Shown one piece after another: positions 53,972-64,000 of a DNA stretch of 64,000 bases; within the stretch, counting starts at the first letter, position 1; each line of letters begins with the position of its first letter. Source of the stretch: the human T2T-CHM13v2.0 reference genome, Homo sapiens; assembly GCF_009914755.1 (NCBI RefSeq), contig NC_060935.1, one strand, 5' to 3'. The notes under the pieces were generated by a model, which was not told the DNA's origin, searched no databases, and worked only from the letters and a program-made list of their open reading frames with translations. A program made the position numbers and the translations under genes.

Positions 53972-54389
53972 CCTTCTGCATTCCTTAAGAGCTTTCAAGT
54001 CATTCTTGGGTTCAGTCCTTATATCTGCTGGGAATAATTAATCTAGGACTATTCGCTTCAGAGCCCCGAGCTGTAACATGGGATCTCAGGAGCAACTGAA
54101 GCACTCAGCACTTTCTGAGGAAAATTACACCAGATGAGACACTAAATCTCTAAAATTCAACTTAGAAATGTGCTTTATTCTCAGGAGTTTTGTCGCCAAG
54201 TGCTGGTAATGGCAAGGAAGTGGGGGGTGTTGAGAAGAAGTGGGGAGAAACAGGGACAAAAAGAAGCCAAAACAGTCAAGAAACAGGAGACAAAGGAAAC
54301 TCAGGCCAAGGCACAGCTGGGTGTTTCCTTTCTTCTAATTTCTGTCCTCTTTGTAAATGTCTGATTGCATCAAACTGTCATCAATAGTA

Positions 54390-54630
54390 GTCAACATTGA
54401 TCACATTTCCACTACATGTCCAGCATGTGCTGAACACTCTACATATATTATTTCATTTAATACAACAACCCATTGAGGTAGGTAACGCTATTAATCTCCA
54501 TTCTACAACTGTGGGACAGAAGGACAGAGATGCTGATAAACTTGCCCCAGTACACTTCGTTAGCAAGTGGCAGAGGCAGAGGCGGGAGTTAAACCAGGCA
54601 GTCTGGCTTTAGAACCCAGTGTAACCACGA
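54390..54630 (-). mobile_element. MIR SINE
   Basis: atttcatttaatacaacaacccattgaggtagg...aaaccaggcagtctggctttaga. Confidence 0.7.
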
Positions 54631-57600
54631 GGCTCTCCCACCTTCAATAAAGTGACACCCACATAGATTACTTTGTCAGGTGTAGAATCCCTCACATTTC
54701 ACACACACACTCAGTAAGCTCTCAACTGTGTTCCAGGCCTGACCACGACTAGGCTCAGAGAAGCAAAGGGCATTTCCCTTTGAATGACGTAACAGAATTT
54801 GTGTCATTAAAAAGCTGGGTCATTAATCAGATTTGTGCTTGGATGGATTGGACTCACCAGTGCAAGTCAGCTGCTGGATTTCTATGGTTTCTTTGCTCTA
54901 TGGAAGCAAATGCTTCTTCTCTTCAGGAACGAAGAGCTCCTTAAAAGAATGATTTTTTAAAAGCTCATTAATCAAGGAGCACGGTTCAACTATAGAATAT
55001 TTCCATTGCTCTAACCGCCCAGTACCATCTTGTCCTCTCTAGCTCCAGATCTGCATCCTGGGAAGCCAGGAGGTATTGGTGGGGTGGGCAGCTGCCTGTT
55101 AAAATGCTGAATTGATTGCCACCCATCCAGCCCATTTCAGCGTGTAGACAGATTTGAACCTAAGCTAGGCAAGTGAATTAACCCTGTGTCCTCTTGGCCC
55201 CTCGGCCCTCTAGGCAAATTGTGAATCAAATGGAATCTCCCTCGTGCTAAGGGGCTGCAGAGCTGTCATTCCATATGCTTTGCTCAGGGTAAGGGGTCTC
55301 TGGAGAGAAGTTAATGAGCAGGGGCTCCCAGGGCAGGGAGAGTCCCATTACTGAGTTTCCTCAGCAATATGGCCACCGTGGAAGCAATGCATGCACTGGC
55401 ATGTTTCTGAGAAAAGAACAAGATTTGTTATTTGTTTGTGTAATTTCTAAGCACACCGGTGAATAGCAGGAGACTGTCAACACCCAGTGGCCACTTTCCT
55501 GAGAAGCTGAGTGAGCCCTTCTGCTGTTGAGTGCACAAGGGGGATTTTCTGAGTGGAAATCTTTCCTCATTACTGCGCTGCCACAAACAAATGAACATTG
55601 GAAGAGTTCATGCACAGATAAGGGACATGTCTAGGGAACTGTGGAGAACTCATTACATCCCTTCTGATGGTAACCCTATAAGAAGAAGGAGAAAAGGGAA
55701 ACAAACAAACAAACAAACAAAAAACTACTTTCCTGCCAAAGCAACATTCCCATCACCCCAAAAGTTTGTTGTGTCTCTTTGCAATGAATCCCCATTCCCC
55801 CAACCCCAGCTTCTGATCCACTGATCAATTTTCTGTCCCTAAAGTTTTGTCTCTCCTAGAATGTCGTACCTATGGAATTCTGTCTCGTTGAGTTGTGAGC
55901 TTTCCTTATAGATTCTGGATTCAAGCCCTTTATCAGTTATGTTTTGTGAGGGCTTCTTTCAGTAAAAATACCAAAAATATTTCAAGGACTTGCAAATAAT
56001 CCTTTGTATAGTACTAAAGCATTCTTTGACACAAAAAATGTACAGTAACAAAAAATTGTTCTTTTTAAATCAATGCCTTAAATAAACTAGGAGTGTATTA
56101 ATTACAACATAATCTAATGTATATATTTTTAAATCATACATGGCGTTTACTTGAATAGGAAGTTTTCTTTCAGACCTCTTTTGGGAAGATGATAAAATAC
56201 AATGATCCTTTTCCCCCTGCAAGTTGTCAAATAAACACACATATAAAATATTTGCATTCAATTTCAGAAGGTTCATAGATGCCTAAAATTCACTATAAAT
56301 TACCTAGGGATAGCTCCATGGCCCTAAGATGAAGCAAGACTAATTGATTCGGTCCATAGACAAACGTAATGTACATGTTGGTTCAGGCATCCCTGCAACA
56401 GCTCTAGGGTGCCCCAGAGGCTCAGAGTCCACAACTGGGAACCCAGCATGGGTGGCCTCTGAGCTCAAAAAAATCTACAGTTCTCACTTCACTAGGACAA
56501 GGACATTCAGATACTTAAAATGACACATTTGCCCAGTGCTGAGAAAAAAAAAAAAATCCTTGGGAAAATCAGGGAAACTTATTATGCATGCTCTGATATT
56601 AAAAAGGACAGAGTGGGAAATATCCTTGCCTGGGATTGGTGAATCCAAGCTTCTCTTTTCAACCCTATCTGTTCATGTTTTAGGAGCTGAGTCTGTGTCT
56701 CCAGGTGAGGTGATTGGATCTGGTTCTGAGTCAGCTGGTCCAAGCTTGCCTTTTTTCCATGGGCCTCATTGCACACTTCTCTAGTGCTTCCCATGAACAC
56801 ACTTAATTGGCCGTGTGTCAGCTCAATTGCTGAGCTGATCTAAGTCATGATGAATCTTTCCTGCTCTTTGCCCCTGGCCACAGCTTGCCACGTAATTCTG
56901 TATCATCAGCACTCACCATGAATTTACATTTGTTCTTTTTTTTCTGGGTCATTTATAAAGCTGGAGGCAGAAAGCGCCCAACATATTGATTTGGAGGAAT
57001 TGTGTTTTAGCCTTTCCACTTTCCTGTTGAAAATTAATAGCAAAAGCACACATATATTTGTGAAATTTGTGGATAGAAAAGGGGTCACTGTCAAGAGATA
57101 CTTTGGGGAGAGATTTGGTGACGGATGGGGAAGCTGCTGAGAGACAAAGATAGGGGTCCCTGACGATTACTGGTTGAAAGGTTGCAGGAAAATTCCATCA
57201 ACTGTGAAGATGGGAGTCAGGTGGAGAGAGAAATAGATCATGAGTCCATTTTTAAAAATGTTGAATTTTGAGAAGTTGGCAGAGAGATCCAGGAGGGAAT
57301 TGGATAAAGAAATCTGCAGCTCTGAAATGAGGTCTGGGCTGGAGACAGAAATTTGGGAGTCATTGACATGTAGCCCTGAGACTGGAGGAGCTTGTCAACG
57401 GTTTTGTAGATGGTGCTTCAGGTTATAGACAATATGTTGTCTTCTTCCTTCAGAGCAGGCCACAGAATTGACTGAGATGTGTAACTTTCATGTCCCCCCA
57501 TGAGCAAACAGCATGTTTCTACTCTGTGATGTGTATGTTAGGGGGCATGTATATCTGTATTTCTTTTTTATTCTCTCCAAAAGAAATTTCATTATGCAAA

Positions 57601-57983
57601 ACATTATCAGGCAATGCAGCTCGTAATAAAGATGTTGGAGAACTGAAAAAGAGAGCTTACATGCACCCCAATAGCAAAACTCTCCACACATTTCCAGCAG
57701 ATGTATGTGTCCTTCCGTGGTCACCTTCTCTCCCACCATCACCTGTGTTTTTCTCCACTGCCACCCTTCCACCGAAAAAGCTTAGTTGTGCCTTTATTGT
57801 TCTAGACAGTTCAGCTCTGGCCACTAATTTGCGTATTCCTGTCAGTAAGAGAAACCTCCTGCAGTTAACCAGGCCCACCTCCTCAAAAGGGAGTATGACA
57901 GCAATAGCATTAATGTGGCATACGTCTTAGGGGAGCTCCCCCAACCTCGACTTTAGTATGAGGTGCAGGGTGGGATTACAAGG

Positions 57984-58148
57984 AAGGTTTCTCAACCTTG
58001 GCACTATTGACATTTGGGGCTGGATAATTCTTTGTTGTTGGAGAGGGGGAAAGTGCTGTGCATTACAGGATGATTAACAGCATCTCTGGTCCCTACCCGC
58101 TACATCCCTCTAGCACACTTTCACCCCATACCCCGCCTTCAGTTGTGA
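57984..58148 (+). mobile_element. MER20 hAT-Charlie element (5' part)
   Basis: ggtttctcaaccttggcactattgacatttggggctggataattctttgttg. Confidence 0.85.
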
Positions 58149-58320
58149 TTTCTCAACTTCTTGGAATAAATCCCCAACTCTCTCATTCACAAATTTTGTG
58201 ACTCTGGACAAATGATCTAGCCTCCATGTGCCTCGGTTTTCTCATCTAGAAAGTAGGGGTAATCATAATGCCTACTTCATAGCACTCTAGTGAAAATTAA
58301 ATGATTTAATACTTCTGAGG

Positions 58321-58631
58321 GGCCAGGTGCCATAGCTCACACCTGTAATCCCAGCACTTTCGGAGGGTGAGTGGGGGGTGGATTGCTTGAGTCCATGAGT
58401 TTGAGACCAGCCTGGGCAACATGGTGAAACCCCATCTCTACTAAAAATACGAAACAGTAGCTGGGCATGGTGGTGTGCACCTGAAGCTCCAGCTACTTGG
58501 GAGGCTGGGCAAGGAGGATTGCTTGGGCCTGGGAGTTCAAGACTGCAGTGAGCCATGATTGCACCACTGCACTCTACCCTGGGAGACAGAACGAGACCCT
58601 GTCTCAAAACAAAACAAAACAAAACAAAAAA
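58321..58631 (+). mobile_element. AluJ inserted in a MIR
   Basis: Dimer with J-type ggattgcttgag and caagactgcagtgagccatgatt; (CAAAA)n tail. Confidence 0.92.
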
Positions 58632-58786
58632 GCCTGTGAGGGCCTGCATATAAAAAGTACTCAGTAAAGGTTACCTCTTATTATTCCCAAGGACTTATCA
58701 AATTATTCCTCCTGATAGGAATAATTCTAGATAGGATTCTAGATAGGAATAATTCCAGATAGAATTTTCTACATAGAATTCTCCCC

Positions 58787-58886
58787 GATAGGTGCAGCAA
58801 ACCACCACGGCACATGTATACCTAGGCAACAAACCTGCACGTTCTGCACACGTATCTAAGAACTTAAAGTAAAATAAAATTTAAAA
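58787..58886 (+). mobile_element. Short L1PA 3' end
   Basis: gataggtgcagcaaaccaccacggcacatgtatacct...aaacctgcacgttctgcac...aacttaaagtaaaataaaa. Confidence 0.88.
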
Positions 58887-59564
58887 GAATGTTCAAAGGA
58901 GATGATCAGAAATGAGTCTCCTATATCAAAAAGTGAACAGTGACAACCAAATTAAATTAGTCCAGGAGGAAAAAAAAAAAAAAAGGAACTCTCCTCAAGA
59001 GGAGCTCTGGTGCATACAATTTTTTTTTCCAATTTGACTTAATAATTTTATTCTGAACCTCAGAATAAGTAAATTCAACTCCTGTTTTCAAAACAGGATT
59101 TGAGTGTTAATCCAGTTCCGTGAACAAAGATCAATTACTTTTTATTTTTTATTTATTTAGTTATTTTTAAGTATATGTAGGTAGTAAAAACCTAATGTTT
59201 GACATCAGGTTGTGCCCTTGACTCTAATCCTCTAGCCTACCTAAGGGTGAGAGCTTGTGCTTAAATAAAGCAGCTTGAACACACAGCCTATATGCAAAGG
59301 AAAACCGGGCATCCTCCTCCTCACCCCAGGAATGTGTGTGTGCAGTTGTGTTTCTACTGGAGAACTTTGCTCCAATTCTCCCACTAAATTCTTGATCTTC
59401 CTCTGACCTGGCAGCTTCACCTGCTCCTTGAGCCCTGCCTCCCACAATGAGCGATAGTTCTTTCCTTTGATGTCCCCAACAGGGGGTTGTGTGGGGGAGA
59501 GTTTTTACCGGTAATTCAGCAGGAGTGAATGGCGAACCACCTAAAGATGAACATTACAACGTAG

Positions 59565-59881
<317 letters not shown>

Positions 59882-60329
59882 TAGTTAAGTCTTTTAGCAG
59901 TACTTATCCCCAAGAACTTCTCCCTGGCTATCTCCTCTCTCAGGTCCCACCTTCTTTCATCTTTCAGAACCCAACCCTCTGACCCTTCTCATCTCTCCCA
60001 GCTTTTCTTTGTTCCTGGGCTCACCACCTGCCTCCTCAAAATTCATCTTTCTTTACTCTGCAGAGCAATTTGGTTCCATTTGTTTCACTCCTGTGCCACA
60101 GGGAGGAACCCTAAGAAATATCCTTTTACAAAATGGCACCTCAAGGAACTTGAATTTTAAGAGACAGTTCTGATTCCTCAACCAGCTTTTGAGAATTTTT
60201 TCCTGCATATGCTTATGTATCTTCATATAATATTATAGAACACACAGCCCCATATCTCACCACCATTCTTTTATAACAGGGATTGTTGCCATTTTTGTAG
60301 ATTGCTTTTTAGTATTTTGTTTTCTTTAA

Positions 60330-61040
<711 letters not shown>

Positions 61041-61439
61041 GCAACATTTTCTGGCCTTTTTTTCCACATGCATATTTGTATTTAATCATTGTATGAATTA
61101 ATGTAATTATTATATAGAGAGAATTTGGAAAGTAAAAACAAAGCAGAAAGAAGCAGAGAGGAGAACACAACCTAATTTTTCAATCAGTGGCAAACATGTT
61201 TGACACTTTGACATATTTCCTTCTCACACTGTTTTCTTTTTCAATTTTGCACATGTTTAAGTTAATGTTCTGCATATTACTTATATACCGCTTCTGTCTC
61301 TTAAGTTTTATATCATAAGCATTTTCCTAAAAGCTGTTAAAAAGAATGGAGTAGATGGTGCTGATGTAGAAATGTTGTCAAGATACAGTGCTAAGTTAAA
61401 CTGCTGAACAGTATATTAAGTGTGATCACATTTGTAAGG

Positions 61440-62480
61440 GGACAAGCAGTGGATGTTTGTGAGAGGGAAAGTGAGTAGCTGAGTCAGAGAGTTAACCTGA
61501 AGCTGGACTGTGGAAGGTCTCCACAGTCATAGTAAGGATTTTGGATTTATTTGGAATAAAATGGGGAGCTATTAGAGGGTTTTGAGGAGAGAAGTGATAT
61601 GACATGACATGTGTTTTAAAAGGCTGTCTCTGGACAATGTTGAGAAAAGACTATTGGGCAACACGGATGGAAGGAGGCTAGGTTGGCAGCTATTGAAATA
61701 ACCCAAGTGAAAGGTAATGGCGGTGGAGAGGATGGGAGATGGTGAGATTCTGGATGTATTTTAAAGGCATATCCCATAGACTAGATATGATGTGTGAGAG
61801 AATGATAAAAGTCAGAGATTATGCTAATAGTTTTGAACTGGGCAACTGAATGGATAAAGTTGCCATTTGCTAAATTAGAGAAGACTAGGAAGTACAGTGT
61901 GGGGAGGGAGAGATGGGGAGCTTGGTTTAGATGCGTTCAGTTTAAGAAAGTTTTTATACATCCAAGTAGAGGTGGTGTTGAGCAGCTGGATATATGAATT
62001 TGGAGCTCTGGGGAGTGAAGCAGGATGAAAATATAATGTGGAATTCATCAGCATATAAATAATATTTAAAGACCATAGATTGGATGCAATTACCAAGGTA
62101 AATGAGTTTAGATAAAGAAGAGAAGAGATCCAAGAACAAAGCTCTGGACATTCCACCATTATGAGGAAAGAGACATGAAAATAAAGCATCAAAGGGAAAT
62201 GAGAAGGAGCAGCCAGTGAAGAAGAAAGAGAACAAGGAGAGTGTGATGTCCTGAAGACCAAGCGGGAAAGGTGTTTGAAGGAGGAAAGAGGGGCCAACTA
62301 TATTAAAACGAAGTTGTTAGCAACTTAAGTTGAAGACTGAGAATTGGTGACTGGATTTAGCAACATGGCGGTCTTGATGATGGTCACAGCAGCAATTATG
62401 GAGGAATGGTGGGGCAGAAGCCTGGGTGGAGAGGGATCAGGAGAGAATGGGAGGTGAGAGCTTAGATGAGAACAAAAAAC
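61440..62480 (-). mobile_element. L2 (about 1-kb fragment)
   Basis: gtaaggattttggattt...gagggttttgagga...gaactgggcaactgaatgga...ctggatttagcaacatgg. Confidence 0.8.
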
Positions 62481-62564
62481 TTTGTTAAAAGTCTGTGCGA
62501 TGGATTTTTTTTCTTACAAGAAAAGATGATTGGAACTAGGTTTACTCAGTTTTGAAAGGGAAGC

Positions 62565-62932
62565 TGTGTTAGTCAGTTCTGGCTGCTATAAAAATGTACC
62601 ATAGACAGGGTGGCTTAGAAACAACAGAAGTTTATTTCTCACAGTTCTAGAGACTGCAGGTCTGAGACCAGGGTGCCAGCATTGTTGGGTTCTGGTGAGG
62701 GCCCTTTTCTGAGTTGCACACTACCAACTTCTTGTTGTATCCTCATGTGGAAGACAAAGAGAGAGAGAGTTAGCTCTCTGGCCTCTTCTTCTAGGGGCAC
62801 TAATCCCACTCAAGAGGGATCCACCCTCATGACCTAATCACCTCTCAAAGGCCTTATCTCCAAATACCATCACATTGGGGTTAGAGTTTCAACATATGAA
62901 TCTGGGGGGACAAAAACATTCAGTCTGCTGCA
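62565..62932 (-). mobile_element. MLT1A-type MaLR solo LTR
   Basis: tgtgttagtcagttctggctgctata...ccctcatgacctaatcacctc...aacattcagtctgctgca; TSD gaagc/gaagt. Confidence 0.88.
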
Positions 62933-63509
62933 GAAGTTAGTATGACAACTAGACATACCATTCCTCAAGAGGAAATAGACAAATTCTAGAAGGAAAAAGT
63001 AAGAAATACCAGAATGGATGGGAGTCAGAAGCTCAGCAATCCCAGATGCACTCTATCTAATTCATTGTATGATTTTATCAAGATTTGATCTCTCTAGACC
63101 TGTTCTTGCATCTGTAAAATGAACGTTTTGAACTAGAAAACTTCTGAAATCATTACATAATTTAAAATACTATGACATCCTCTAAGTATTTACAGATCTT
63201 TTACACAAAGCATTGCGAATGGTTTTTCCCCCCTCCCTCTGGCTGTTAATAGCTTTCTCCACAGGACCCTAACTCTATTCTTGACCCTTCCAAACCCGCA
63301 GATGACTTTGTCATCTTTTCTACCAAGAAGGGAGGTCATGACAGAGGAACATTCTTTAACTGCCTTTCCTTCAACTCGCAAATTCCTCATGCTTCAGGAG
63401 AAAAAGTTTCTCTTCCTTTCCATCTGTGCACTCATCCCATCACTTCCCATCCCTCTATACAGGTTAGAAATAGAGGGGGAGTGAATGAACTTGCTTTTAG
63501 TCCTTGGTA

Positions 63510-63640
63510 GGGAGGGGTTATTATACCCATTCTTCAGACAGCAAAACTGAGGCTCAGAGAGTATAAAATAATGCTGAGATTTACACCAGTGAAAAGGGAG
63601 GGTGTGGGGCTGTGACCCAGGTCTGCCTGACTCCTCAGCT
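63510..63640 (-). mobile_element. MIR fragment
   Basis: cccattcttcagacagcaaaactgaggctcagagag. Confidence 0.7.
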
Positions 63641-64000
63641 CTTCTGTCTCACCACAGTCTCCATTGAATGGAATGCATCCATAAATGAATGGCTCATTCT
63701 TCATTTTTTTCTGTGCTTTTTTTTTCCCAAAGACTTATCGTCTGTGTGCTGGTGTTATTGTTTATGTTGACCTGGCTGCAGGGGCCTCTTGGCAATATGC
63801 CCACCTGAAAGTCTGTTTACCTGCTAACTATTGTAATTTTTTAAAACTCTTGGCTTATATAGGGCTCTTTTCAATCATGGACTCGGACCTTTTAAATCCT
63901 AATGCCACCTATGCAAAAGAATTCACTAGTATGTTACCTGTTAAGTGCAGTTCAAAAATATGCAAAGCTAAATATGTTCAGGGGCACGTCTGCAGTAAAA

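Overview
This is primate (hominoid, most likely human) non-coding genomic DNA: Alu, L1PA/L1PB and THE1 elements are present, and an SVA restricts it to hominoids. I found no host protein-coding exon, RNA gene, CpG island or CRISPR array. Nearly all ORFs in the supplied track are repeat-derived or chance ORFs. The window is a mosaic of MIR, L2, old L1M, MaLR/ERVL LTRs and hAT DNA transposons, about 15 Alu/FLAM copies, one near-full-length L1PB (29.0-35.2 kb) and one SVA (52.9-54.0 kb). Repeat-poor blocks at about 8.0-8.6, 14.2-15.1, 40.1-40.4 and 49.7-51.7 kb look like cis-regulatory DNA. L1 and LTR copies lie mostly on the minus strand, which suggests a long intron of a + strand gene (inference). 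I do not see a new multi-gene system. The most unusual structures are: (1) a solo MLT1 LTR flanked by ~160-bp direct repeats instead of a 5-bp TSD; (2) an L1PB with a ~150-bp 3' transduction, supported by its TSD and the split MER119-like host, and an uninterrupted endonuclease ORF; (3) an SVA with both ends and a perfect TSD whose VNTR has collapsed to ~2 units; (4) a 26-bp-stem hairpin at 38057-38139; (5) templated-insertion patchworks; (6) a FLAM monomer with a rodent-B1-like internal duplication. Repeat subfamily names come from recalled consensus sequences, and boundaries of old repeats are approximate. Both need RepeatMasker/Dfam confirmation.
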